A stretch of DNA of 59,933 nucleotides, filler included, from Sphacelaria rigidula (GCA_964200075.2; 10 parts of 10 records of this genome joined end to end with filler, not necessarily neighbours in it), one strand, 5' to 3'. Shown: positions 12,009-24,299, counted from the whole stretch's first letter. Notes: generated from the sequence alone by a model not told the origin. Numbers and translations: made by a program.

Positions 12009-12172
12009 CGATACGAGATAAAGGCAAGCACCGCAGAAGGAAGGTGGGGTCCTGAAAAAAAAAGCTCCTGTGTTGACCTTTCTCCTGTGTGACCCCGGCT
12101 GATGCGCCCACGTATACCGAAAGGTGTAGACTGGCGCCCAGAATGAATGGGACGACAACACACAACACACAC
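12009..12172 (+). mobile_element. SINE family A, 3' part ending in (CA)n-like tail
   Basis: ATAAAGGCAAGCACCGCAGAAGG...TGTGACCCCGGCTG...CCGAAAGGTGTAGACTGGCG matches 37880-38054 and 21524-21643. Confidence 0.8.
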
Positions 12173-12508
12173 GGCGATCACTACCACGTGAGGGTCTCTT
12201 GTGTGCTTCCTGAGGCAGAAGGCCTCTGGTTACCAATGCCGGCTCCTATCGACGCTTCAAATATGAACTCCCTCGTGAATTACGCCGACAAGTTTTTTTT
12301 TTTCTTGTGAACTTTAGTAGGGGACCATGAAACTGGTGTACGTTGCAGGTGCAGGTTCACAGTGTCGAGGGGAGCTGTTCCCCGGAGATTGTTGGCCAGG
12401 CACCAACACACGTAAGAGTCGTGTGAAGAAGGATGTACAAAATATCGTCCCTGCTAGCCGCTGGGAAAGGCTACCTAATGCATAATGGGGGACCCTTACA
12501 CGCATGCA

Positions 12509-12660
12509 TCCTCGTTTGTTGCTTGGCTTAGTCATTTGACCATTAATCACACATACCCTTTCGAGACGGAGCACCGTTCCTACTCCTAATAGAGACACCT
12601 CCAACATTTGGGCGCTCACGACATTTCTTCCATATATTGTTTCTTCCCTCTACCAGCAAA
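12509..12660 (-). mobile_element. LINE family C, 3' terminal fragment
   Basis: Reverse complement of the conserved 3' end GAACGGTGCTCCGTCTCGAAAGGG..GCAACAAA, also seen at ~24330, 30021, 37057, ~53850 and 59331. Confidence 0.8.
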
Positions 12661-13049
12661 TAAAAACCCAACCCCAACCCAAACATGATTTCCCCCTTGT
12701 ACCAACATGGATTTTTTTTTTCCCATTGTACCAACATATTGCAAGCTTTCGATCGGAAAAAGACATCATAGACACTACGCAGAAATGTTTTACGTATGGG
12801 GGGCGGGGGGGAATAATGTGGATGCTGACACATTTTTTGAAAATTTGCATCACATCTTCAGCTCCTCTCCTTCCTCGGGACGAGTCCGTGATCTCGAGGA
12901 GATCGACCCATCGCCCGCCCGTTGCACGCCTTATATTTTCGGTATCGATCGCTGATTGGACCAATATTCCCGCACCGCGTCGATTCCCTTAAAATGGAAT
13001 TTCTTCGCTACTCACGTCCTCGCGTTTCCAACGACGGAAATCAGATACA

Positions 13050-13375
13050 AATATCCACGGTTAACACAATTGACGATTGTACAAGTATCGCTACCCTAAC
13101 ACTAACCCCAACCCAACGCATACCGAGAACCCTCGGACAAGGGCGGCACACAGCGTTCCTTGGGCAAAGTGCCGTTGGTAGACCCCAAATCGGCGCCTGT
13201 GGCGCCGATTTCAACGAAAACGCGTTCTGCGTACGCGAGGAGCACACGGGACTGTCAGCCCCACTAAAGACCCGATTCTCGTTGTACACACTCAAATAAA
13301 GTAATATCAACCATGGACATCTGTAACCCAATGCCGGTAAACTCTACTGGAAATCAGATACTGGTCAGGAACAGC
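13050..13375 (+). repeat. Interspersed non-autonomous element (family D) with CTAACCC-like motif and internal palindrome; other copies ~46255-46480 (+), ~47195-47350 (-), ~57060-57375 (-)
   Basis: Shared CCGAGAAC.CTCGG.CAAGG and GAGGAGCACACGGGAC.GTCAGCCC motifs. Palindrome AAATCGGCGCCTGTGGCGCCGATTT at 13187-13211, with related copies at ~47216-47240 and ~57188-57213. Confidence 0.75.
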
Positions 13376-13637
13376 AAAGCAAATGATGAAAATTTGCCGA
13401 GATTCGAACCGACGATCTTCCGCCCCAGTCAACGGACGCCAGTTGTATCATTTTGATTCAAACCACCGGGGCGCGGCAAATCCAAGGGTCAATTTCTCAC
13501 GAGTATCTGTCAAGGTTTCATCGCCTTTCCCCAGTATCAGCCTTACGCTTTCACACGTACGGGCTGCCGTGAGCCCTAACGCGTCCCTCGTTCAACCTGG
13601 TTCCATCTCATCCCCATGCACCCCGCCCTGCCTCCAG

Positions 13638-13759
13638 GTGGACTCGCTCGGATCTAGGGTGATTCCGCTCACTGACGAGGGTGATTTGTGGCAACGGCAT
13701 TTCGCCAGGGCCGACATGGTCATCGAGGCCGTGCCAGAGAATCTGGATCTCAAACACAG
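13638..13759 (+). CDS. HADHA: Mitochondrial trifunctional enzyme subunit alpha (3-hydroxyacyl-CoA dehydrogenase domain), exon a (partial gene)
   Basis: CAG|...|GTGAAA boundaries. Encodes VDSLGSRVIPLTDEGDLWQRHFARADMVIEAVPENLDLKH(R), with the 3HCDH_N motif D.VIEAV.E.L.LK. Confidence 0.9.
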
Positions 13760-14762
13760 GTGAAATTATGTGCTGTAGTGAACGTGGAGCCGTCGAGTGT
13801 ACGGTGGAACGAGCGGTGTTTTTTTTTCGTGTGTAACACAGGAACATACGGAACCGATGCTTATTAAGAGAGGAATCATCGCACAGTAGGGAATACTGTC
13901 AGTGCAGCATTATTTGTGAGGAAGTCGGGGTAATCGGGATACGGTGGGCTGTTTCGCTGGAACAAATCAGGGATTTAATTGGCCTCGACTATGTGGTCTT
14001 TGTCATGTCCCCCATGTGTCGTGTCGTCTGCAACGGTCGACGACGATCGCCTTTCCCGTGAATCGCGAAATATTCCCAATGAAGGGAGTATGTGTGTTTG
14101 TGAGACTCTGGTACATACTGTGAGGATTCGCATCGCTTATATATTTATGGAAAATGTTCATGAATCTAGTACAAATGCTATCATTGGCGAACATCAATAT
14201 ATATATATATATTGTTGTGTATGTATGTATTGATGGGTCATCGAGACATACTTCGAAGTATGACAACAAATTGACGCGCTTGGCTCATACAGTACCACAA
14301 CGTGACGTCTAAGCATCATCTTATCGCCCGCGCATGTACGTGTTGAAAGTTTACGACCTATGTAGTGGTTTCTGCTTGCTGCTGGCGGTAGAGATTTGAT
14401 TGTGAACATATGATCCTCTTGCTGTGTGCGTCAAAATGGTCGCGTATCAGTGTCAGCAGGATCTGGACGAGAGGTCCAAGGGATCTTATCCATGGGTCCG
14501 CTTTTCCCCCCGAAATCTCCAAATAGGCAATATATCAGTTTAGGACTGACTACAGATTTATCCGAAAACTAACGTCGAATTTGCTTTCTTCAGCATTTTC
14601 GTTTCCCCGGAGAAGTCGGGGAAAAGGTTCAATTTTTCGGGGAAAAAGGTAGGAGAAAAAAATATGGAAAACAAAACACTCGGTTATTGAGACCCACCCC
14701 TAAGTAGACTACGTTTCACTATGTTGTTAAGAGAGTGTACAGCATGTTACCTGAACCCGTGA

Positions 14763-15044
<282 letters not shown>

Positions 15045-15047
15045 TAA

Positions 15048-15291
15048 CCCTCTTGGAACCGTCGATGGAAAAGTGACGATTTACAATTGACGTTTTTTGG
15101 GCAAGATATGGTTGTTGTTGTTTTTGCAAGTTTTGACGATGGAGCCCACCAGAACGGTGCACCGCTCTAAGTTCAAGTATACTTATGTGACAGATTCGTG
15201 CACCGAACTCGAAGTGACGTTTCCCCGGTGACGAAAGCTCGTATATGGGAGTTTGTAAATCGTCACTTTCCCACCAACCGTTCCAAAAGGG
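15048..15291. mobile_element. piggyBac-like MITE in HADHA intron
   Basis: TTAA|CCCTCTTGGAACCGTCGATGGAAAAGTGACGATTTACAA ... TTGTAAATCGTCACTTTCCCACCAACCGTTCCAAAAGGG|TTAC gives ~39-bp imperfect TIRs starting with CCC, and a TTAA/TTAC target site. Confidence 0.75.
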
Positions 15292-15379
15292 TTACTCGTA
15301 ATGATAATACGTTCCTGCCCTCGCGGGTTGGGACAAGGTCGCGACGAAGATCACTGCGAGCGAAATGTGCACGCGAGCA

Positions 15380-15627
15380 ATGCTACGGTAGGGGTGCACT
15401 TTTTTCGCGAACTCTTGTCTGGTTTAGGGGCTCCTAGCGGTTCTAGACGCACAAGAATATGGGTCTGGGCATCCTCGTTTGCAGATTTATTCGGGATATC
15501 CCCAGCACGTTGGAATAGTAATCCTGGCGTACTCTCGCATATTTTCAAAAGTCATGTTTGGGATGAGATAAAGGGCTCCTAACAATTCTGACCCCGTAAA
15601 GTATTTTGTGTACTCCTACCGTAGCAT
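15380..15627 (+). mobile_element. MITE family E; further copies at ~17100-17345 (+) and 17711-17912 (-, truncated)
   Basis: TIRs are ATGCTACGGTAGGGGTGCAC and GTGTACTCCTACCGTAGCAT. The internal sequence (ACAAGAATATGGGTC...GGGATATCCCCAGCAC.TTGGAATAGTAATCCTGGCGTACT) is shared with the other two copies. Confidence 0.8.
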
Positions 15628-16124
15628 ATCTCACACCGTAGTTGACCTCCTCGTGCCCTCTCGGCCGTGTAGCAACTATCGTCGGAACTGGCGAACAAGG
15701 GGATGTACTCAAGAGACAACACTCAGAAGGGAGTGCGGTGTACGCTGACGCGGATTTTAATTCGTCGTCGTCCGTTGCGAGATACACCAGTCGGTTGTGT
15801 GCCGACCACGGGGGGGAAGCGTTTTGTGCTGATCACGCTAGAGTACGGCGAAGACGGGTTTGTAGTGTGGAAATTGTTCAGGTTCGTATCGTCTCGTGCA
15901 TTCATGAACATGAGCTGAAGTTTACGAGGACGACTCCGTCGTTCACCCGGCGTGGTTTCCCTGACGCTCTACACGTCATGCTTCAAGTTACAGCTGGAGT
16001 ATGGCTGTAGTTGTGTTCAAAGGCGCTTTTAGCAATCACCAAGCCTACTCCGCTGACCCCCCCCCCGTCCCCACGCCCTCCCGCTCTGCTGCTTTCTTAT
16101 GTTTTGTCGTCTTCGATCCACAAG

Positions 16125-16240
16125 ATTATCCCGCACGACGGAACATCTGACGAGGCGGCGTCCGCAGCGGTGGACGTCGGGGGAAGACAGGGCAAGACGT
16201 GCATCGTCGTTAAGGATGTCCCTGGATTTTATGTGAACAG
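16125..16240 (+). CDS. HADHA: HADHA-like, exon c
   Basis: AAG|...|GTACAC boundaries. Encodes IIPHDGTSDEAASAAVDVGGRQGKTCIVVKDVPGFYVN(R), with the GK..IVVKD.PGFY.NR motif. Confidence 0.93.
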
Positions 16241-19200
16241 GTACACATGTGCGGCCCCAAAGAGTAGTCCCTACCATTTTCGTACGCTAATTTATTCCTC
16301 ACGGGTTCCTGGGAGTTTAGCTTGGTTGCGGGCTTCGATATTGACCGGGTTAGTATGTTCTGAAATCTTCAGCTCCGCTTGCACGCAGGGTGACGTCCGA
16401 CACATCTCCTTACATTCCAAGTGGTGGATCATAATAACGACCTCTTGCGAAACTACTGTTAAGTTCACAATTGTGGAAGGAAATGGCGAAAAAGTGGCAA
16501 AAAAATCAGCCACAACAGCTGGAGTGACACAAATACGACTGTAGCACCGCCACTAGAGAGCTCGGAGAATCGTCCATTCCGTTGACTTTGTTGGCAACAT
16601 TTGAACCGAATTCGAGTGCTCTGGTCAGCTTCGTACCGCGGTGGAGGCCCGGGGAACAAAAAGCGGGGGATCTGGGGGGCGTTATATTTTGTTTCCATAG
16701 GTGGCGACATGTGGTCATGCAATGTTGTCGATCCTGTGAAGGGGGGATATCCTTGATTCAAATTTGTCGTTACACTGATATTTGACAGTTTGTCGATTTT
16801 TTTCAGCAGCAATTTGCATCTTACGGGGGAAACGGAACGGTATAATAACGTGTGTTAACAGCTTGATGATTTCTCAGTCATTCCGAATGGGAAAATGTGT
16901 TGATATGTGATACGCAAATAATCGTGATGATGGGCGGTCTAACGCGACATATTGTTTTTCAGCCAAAGCGTGTAGTCAAGATTTGTCTTCTAAATACCTT
17001 ATCGGTGACCGCACTGTTTTCCCAGTAAACGCTTCTTTATACGACACACCGCACTAGCTCCGCGCTGTATTGTACATGTTGCTGCGTGGTACATTATATA
17101 TGCTACGGTATGGGTTGCACATTTGAGCCCGAATATCTCATTCAGGGGCTCCGTAAGTTAGGAGCTACACAAGAAATATGGGTCAAGATATCCCCGTTTT
17201 CAATTTCGTTCGGGATCTCCCAAGCCCACTGGAATGCTAATCGTGGGGTGCTCTCACATACTTTATAGGTTCGTTTTTTGGATGAGATAGAGGGCTCCTA
17301 GCAACTTGAACCTCAGAAAATATTTGCGCACCCCTACTGTAGCTCCACCACGTTTTTTTTGTTATCGGGTTGTGCCGCTCGGGATTTTTTCTTCTGAGTG
17401 CGCGGTGATTTCGCACTTGTTCTTTCAACTCACGTGCAAAGCGCAGCCCCAGGTGTGAATGGTACGTACGACCGCCCGCCACACGACGGGCGCTTCCTCT
17501 CGTTTAGTGCTTCCCCCTCCTCGAGCATTGTCTGACGAGTCTTACAACTTCAGCTTTTTTCCTTTCCCCCCCATCACGTTTTGTCGGCTTCAGGGGGGAC
17601 GGACTGCTGAGTTCAAAAATGATATCGACCATACTCACGACATGATGGTTGCTTGCCCAGACCACGTTATTGTTCGAAACTTTTTGCGCGACTGAGTGCA
17701 TCGCCGAGTGATGCTACGGTAGCAGTACACAAAATATTTTTTGAGGTTCGAATTGTTAGGAGCTCTTTATCTCACCCAAAACGCGGCTTTTGAAAATATG
17801 CGATAGTACGCCAGGATTACTATTCCAATGTGCTGGGGATATCCCGAATGTATCTGCAAACGGGGATGCCCTGACCCATATTCTTATGCGTCTAGAATCT
17901 CTAGGAGCGCCTNNNNNNNNNNNNNNNNNNNNNNNNNNNNNNNNNNNNNNNNNNNNTTAATTAATTAANNNNNNNNNNNNNNNNNNNNNNNNNNNNNNNN
18001 NNNNNNNNNNNNAACCAAACAGGAGATCAAGAGGCCTGGGTTCAGATTAGAGTATGAGGAGAAGCCAGCTGACGACACACGTTTGTGCTAGAAGCCCAAC
18101 CTGAGGTAATAGAGGACATAATTGATTCACGGGAGGAGACGTTGACATGTTTACAATAGGCACATCATGACATTACACCGGACTAGCGGGGGGGGAGGGG
18201 ACGTCATTGGCCTTCATTAATCCCATCCCCCACAAGACGAAGCTTGGGACCCCGTGTATGTTACTGCTCTAATTATCCCTCCCGCATCCTACGAACGAGT
18301 GGGGGGGATAATGCTGGAAAAAATGATAGAGCTGAGCTATCAGTCATACGAAGGCGTAGGGTAGAATATGCTTCAAACCATCGCCTGATTGAAATAGAGC
18401 CGTTCACCCTGTCCAGCCCGATGTATCTGCATACGTGAGGCCACCCATCTCACCGTATCGCTCGTACGATCGCCGGCTGCCGCTGCTTCTCCCTCCACTG
18501 GTGCCAAGCGTTGCGGTCGGTCGGGATTTTCCCCGTATTTCCGTGTTCGTATGACTGGAAACGGTGGCGGAATGAGCAGAAAGATGCGGACGGTTCAGCC
18601 ACCACGCGACAGGGTAGCGAATGATAGCGGTTCTGTAAAAACAGGGGGAACTAAAGGTTTCCAAGCAAGATTCACCTGGGGACACATTCGATCTTCTATC
18701 TCACTCATTCTTGTGTGGCCAAGCGTAGGACGGTGCGTCTTGACATTTCACTGACAAACCGTAAGCTTAACCTTTCGATAATAAATGTTGTCCTCGACCC
18801 CCCGTCCCTCAGAATAGAATTAGTGACTAACAAAAGAGTTGGGTTCTATGGACAACCCACCGCGAGAGGAATCACGAGGGAAGGGGGCGCCTACTCCCCT
18901 CCGAGGTGTGCATACAACACTGTCACGTGTTCAAAGCCGATCCAGCGATTAAAGCGTAGGTACTGGTGGCGTGTAAACCTAACTGGGAGAGAGCACGAGC
19001 CATGTACGTGGCAATGGCCGGCCGGTCCGAACACCTGTGTTTACACATACCCACTAAATGGATACGTACGGTCCCCGAAATTCTGGGGCCCAAAGGTGTG
19101 TTCATGGCGCCGCGTAACGGAGTCTTACCGCTGTCGTCCGCGGGAACACTCTCCTCGGCACTGTGATTGCCTCTAGTGTGTATCCCCCTGTGTCCGAGAG

Positions 19201-20238
19201 TACGCAGTCTACATTTCGTTGGGGTTACGGTCAGGCCTACGCTGAGAGATGGGTTGGGAGGGCTGGGATGGGTTCGTGTGATGAACAGTGGCACAGGGGG
19301 TCACTTTGTAGACAAGTAACAACACTTCAGGTCCCAGATTCTTGTGGACCCGTACGGGTCCATTCAGTGCGTCTGCTGTTCACACGAACGGGTTGTCTAT
19401 TCCGCCAAAACAACAATGCCGGATTCCCGGCGGGGAAAAAACAAATGGCCTGCTGGCGCGCGTGCGTTAGAGGAATAATCCTTTCACCCCCTGGTGGGTC
19501 ATCTAACAGTTGAATGGGAATTATCTTTACATGAAAAATGACTCACACCTAGATCGCCCACCACACTGGCGGCCAGAGGGTCAACCGCTTGACCGCCTAG
19601 GGATGCTTCATATACTGAATCGGCACCATTTCTACTTGAACGAATCAAGTCACTGTGTCACACTCAGGTGTCCATCCGCATGCGTTCAGAGGGCCAATAA
19701 ATGAAACCGGTGGGGTGCTGTACGAAAAATAGCGTACAGTAGTTTCCAGCTGAATCAGTATTTTTTGTACTTTTCTCGTAGTCGGTAATTTCCAAAAGTG
19801 TTTTCGCGTATCATCGCTCATGCCAGTTAACATTTGACCCCGAAGTTTGGGCATCGAGGGATACTTGGCACGCGCTTAGGGTTAGGGTGGGGGAGGGTGG
19901 GGGAGGGTGGGGCGAGGATGGCACGCATCGTTACACATCACGAAATCCGGTAAAAGTCAAAAGTTAACCCTCAGACCGTGAACGTCGCCTCGGAACAGTT
20001 GTACCGGCTGACAGTCCCGAGACATTCGGGGGGTTCCAGAGGTCGGGGGGGGGGCGGAAGGTCTCAGCAGAGCATCCGAGAAGCTCACGGACTCAACCAT
20101 GTGTGTTTGGAACTTTCCCGCGGAAAATGATGAGCCGTGCAAGAGGCCCGAGAGACGCGGGATGACCATTCTGACCTATCACGGTCGTCAAAATGAGCAC
20201 TTTTGTCCCGGTAGCGTAAGACTAGCGTAAGGCGGTGT

Positions 20239-20411
20239 CTTAGCACATGAGGTTTCGATCGAAATTGTGCGGTGGAGAATAAAAATCCCGATCCGATAGG
20301 CTGTGATTTCAACCATCTTCAGAATTCTCGACGATGGTTGAAATCACGGCCTATCATATCAGGATTCTTGTTTTCCACCACACAATTTCGATCGGAAACT
20401 GATGTGCTAAG
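20239..20411. repeat. Long near-palindromic foldback (~80-bp arms)
   Basis: CTTAGCACAT...TGTGATTTCAACCATC pairs with GATGGTTGAAATCAC...ATGTGCTAAG around a centre containing GAATTC. Direct TAGCGTAAGAC repeats flank both sides. Confidence 0.85.
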
Positions 20412-21523
20412 GCAGGGCTCCAGGCTAGCGTAAGACGAGCGTAAGACTATTTCGTTGTCTACCCCCATAACTCATTTTGGTCATGGTAAATCAGCCATAC
20501 ATAACATATTACAAAAGTAGGTGTTTCGCACTTCAGTACTTGAGTGCAGTGTTGTTCAGTACTGGCTCAGCTGCTTCGCCCTAGCTTCACACCTTCATCT
20601 GGCATAAAAAGTAATGGCGCAACATGCGAGCATCCGCCACGAGTATCCTACACACGTGACTGTGAAAGAGTACTTCGACGGCGAAGCGACCGCCATTGCC
20701 GACCAACTGCTCCACGTGTGTAGGCACCTGCCGCATCGCGCGAGAGACTTCGCAAACCATGCTGCAGCCGCTGTCGCGGCGAGGCATTGCCCTCACGATG
20801 AACCACCCCAGGCGCTCGACGCTGGCGTCAAGGGAGACGCGCGAATAGAGGCGCCCGCATGACATGTTGGTCTGTGCGGACGCTACCAGGAGGGCGTCAT
20901 TGCGTCATTGCGGCATTCCGGCATTCCGCACGGGAGACGTGATGAGAAAATCGAGGTCGACGTCTGCAAAGAAATATCGGAACTAGGTGAAGCGGGGTGT
21001 CTGTGTGTGTTTGTATCACATATTGCATCTTCTGCGACCCGCCTGGGACGGGCGTGTTCTTGGGTGTCTTCGCCACGGCACTAACTCGCTCTCATAATGC
21101 AGACCCGTGTTGGCTCGTGGTGGAGTTGGCTGGAAGTCACACTCCACGGTTGCGTAACGGCGATCTTGTTGAGATATACAGCTTCTAGGGTGTACGAGGG
21201 GGCGCTGCCCTTGAAACGTGGTGTATGCGGGCGAAACGCTCATGATGGATATCTATACATTTGTCACTATTTAGTGTAGGTTGGGTTTTGATTTTCATTC
21301 ACTGCCTGTAGGTGCAACTGCCGCAGTCGGTCCTCCTGAATCACCTTGAGAGCTGCGTGCTGCAGCCCATTTCACAGACGCCCGCGAATGTGCAATATGT
21401 TACGTGGCCGACCTGCCAGTATATAATCTTTGCGCGAAGCACATCTCGCACGCGTGCGGCGCCGGCAGTCACGCTGTACTTGCGGACAACTGGCGGTGCT
21501 CCATCATTTATGTGGTAGCATTG

Positions 21524-21643
21524 CTCTCGCGATCAAAATAAAGGCAAGCACCGCAGAAGGGGGGTGGGGTACTAAAAACAAACAAATCAATAAAAACCTC
21601 CTATATTGACCTTCCCTCCCGTGTGACCCCGGCTCGTGCGCCC
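21524..21643 (+). mobile_element. SINE family A internal fragment
   Basis: CTCTCGCGAT..AATAAAGGCAAGCACCGCAGAAGG...GTGTGACCCCGGCT matches the copies at 12009 and ~37870. Confidence 0.75.
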
Positions 21644-23021
21644 ACAGCATCTATGCTACGAGTACGGAAAGTCCAACAGTCGCAGACGGGAAGTGGAGCA
21701 TATTCGATTCTTACTACCACGGATCAAACAATCCGTTCTATCAGCATGGATGTTAGTTGGAGTTGATCGTATGTTGTACCGCATTCGTTTGTATGTTTTT
21801 TTGGCCAAGTTGTGGGATGGAATATCGTTTTGATAGGTCATGGCATAGGGTTTCACTTACGAGGGTCACCTCAAGACTAGTCAAGTGTGTATTGTGTGTG
21901 CGTGATTTTTTTCTTTCTCGGATTAATATCGTTGGAAGCAGCACTAGTAGTGAAATTATTGACTTGACCTTTACAGTACTAAGGTCGTCTACTCGTACAT
22001 GGTCCGTTGCACAATCAAGTGGAAGGTAAAGGTGAAAACAGGTGTCATACATGGCGGTGAGTACCAAGTGTGCTACATGCAAGGTCAACAAAGGAAAATT
22101 ACATGACTGAATATTGATCACAGGAATGCTGCAATACTGTTGAAAAAAATCACAAGGCACGGCACCGTCATCACAGGGATGGATTCGCCTGAGCATGGAT
22201 TCCTCATCGCAAAATGTCTCAGAATCCATTCACCACCCCAACCCATCGACAGCTATAACCAACATGTGGTTAAAAAGTACCATGGGTCATACTGTGTTCG
22301 GCCATGCTTACCCACATCTCTCGGTGATTTTTGTCGACCGAGTGAAGATTTAAGAACACCGTCGGTCACACCTCACATCACTTTTTTCCAAGATATCTCC
22401 ACTAGTTACCCACCAATATCAACAGCCATACAAATTGCACAACTCCCACCATGCTTTCCTCGTGATTCCAGGGTGGGAAACAAACGAAATACACCCAGTC
22501 TTGAGCAGCTCTTCCTGCCATCTCACACAGCAAGTCCCTGCTGTCTCGTGTTACGTCTAAGAAGTTGCTTACAAAAAACGCGATCATGTCAGAATCATCA
22601 ACGGTAGTTGTCAACTACCACCGACACTGGTCAAACAGGGAACTTTGACAGAAGTATCACAAGCGCGCTATCTGTCCATCTACGGAGATATTCAAACTTG
22701 TCTATAAAATAAATAAATAAATGCAGGATTGTCTTGTCCATCAGCTCTGTTCATCAGTTTGAATATGATTCCTTCGTCTGATTCTGACCAAATGAGTTAT
22801 GATCTTCATTTCATCCAGTATCTCGAGATGTCATGTCCTCTGGTACATTCAGCCTTCCGTTCTTTCATGTCTTGTTCAATTCACTCAACAGTTTACTCAT
22901 CAGAGCAATAACTATTGTCAAAACTCTCACACGCGTTTTTAGACACGAATGACTTGAATCCACCCCGGTACTCCATTTTTCTCTTATATTTGACGGAGGA
23001 GCCGGCTGACACTGTCATATC

Positions 23022-23410
23022 TGGGGGGGGTTATGTTAGTACCAGGGCAGTCCACAAGTCTTCCACGTGTCTACAACCGCTACGGGACCATGTCCCCCTC
23101 GGAATATTTCTCGACAATATCTATTGCTCCCTTCGCTCCGCTCAAGGAATATTCATATCTTCGGCATAGTCCCGGGAACGTCTCCTCTGGAACATTAGTC
23201 TGTCCTCTCGGGTCATTGTCTATCCCGTCACCGGAGTAACAGTCATACTCCAACTCGAGGCGGTGTCTATCGCGGTGCCCCCTCGAGTCACTTCTCATCT
23301 CGACCCTGGGGTTTCCTTCCACACAAGAACGAACTGTCGAGACACGTCCCACGGCCAAGTCCGTGGCTCCCGAGACTACCACTCCCACACCTAGGGGTAG
23401 TAGCCTTACA
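23022..23410. mobile_element. Probable solo LTR
   Basis: A 389-bp segment bounded by TG...CA and flanked by the identical 5-bp direct repeat ATATC (23017-23021 and 23411-23415). Confidence 0.5.
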
Positions 23411-23653
23411 ATATCCAATATCGAACTCTAGGCACGATACAGTACAGACTGCAGAGCAAAAATATGCAGCGTAATAACCAGCTGGTCGACAACCACACCA
23501 CCGTCTATGTTATGACTCGCACAACTATGTGCCTCATATGCACCCCCTGTCCCTTCCGCCGTAGAGTAGGCGTTTTGGTTTGTGACAAAGGAATGATTCT
23601 GAACCCAAAAAGTGGATAGGCTTACTCAGTCTTCCAGCGGGGGGGTCGCGGTC

Positions 23654-23786
23654 TAAGGGTCAAGGCAGGCCAGTACCACGATGGGAGACCACGTGGGGAG
23701 CCCTGATTTGACTTGACTTTGAACAGGGCTCCCCACGTGGTCCCCCACCGTAGTACGCCTGGCCCGACGCTTAACTTTGGCCGTGG
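23654..23786. pseudogene. Two inverted (tail-to-tail) 5S rRNA-derived fragments; possible 5S-derived SINE heads
   Basis: Minus strand 23721-23786 reads CCACGGCCA-AAGTTAAGC-GTCGGGCCAGGC-GTACTACGGTGGGGGACCACGTGGGGAGCCCTG-TTC, a eukaryotic 5S sequence with internal deletions. Plus strand 23654-23705 is a more diverged copy. Confidence 0.7.
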
Positions 23787-23817
23787 AATCAATTTTGTGA
23801 CGTGTAACGATAAGTGT

Positions 23818-23852
<35 letters not shown>

Positions 23853-24087
23853 AGGGTATCACCCCTCCCCCCCCCCGTTGTGTTTTTTAAAATCCCCTCC
23901 ACAACAAATGTTTTTTNNNNNNNNNNNNNNNNNNNNNNNNNNNNNNNNNNNNNNNNNNNNTTAATTAATTAANNNNNNNNNNNNNNNNNNNNNNNNNNNN
24001 NNNNNNNNNNNNNNNNAAAAGAGAAAAAAACACCCACGCAAAGAAGAAAAAACACGCACCCCCCGCGGGGGGGGGGACGGGCCCGCG

Positions 24088-24124
<37 letters not shown>

Positions 24125-24299
24125 CTGTTTGGTAATTTCAGTCAAAACATGTTCATGAACGATACGAGGGGGACAATCGTGGTACGATCATACGTTACAT
24201 TACGTGCGCCGTCGACATTACCTATATTCGATACATTTACCGAAGCGCATCAACGCCGGCATATTCAAGTACTGGAGCAAGACATGGCTGATTTACGCA

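Noticed and set aside
21700..22950. Possible decayed transposase on the minus strand
   Set aside because: Too degraded; no diagnostic motif could be read.
23721..23786. Functional 5S rRNA gene
   Set aside because: Only ~65 nt with large internal deletions, so it cannot form the ~120-nt 5S structure.
23819..24124. Long poly-G tracts and poly-Gly ORFs near contig ends (also ~27830-28000, ~29845, ~42095)
   Set aside because: Low-quality homopolymer sequence at assembly breaks; lengths and flanks are unreliable.
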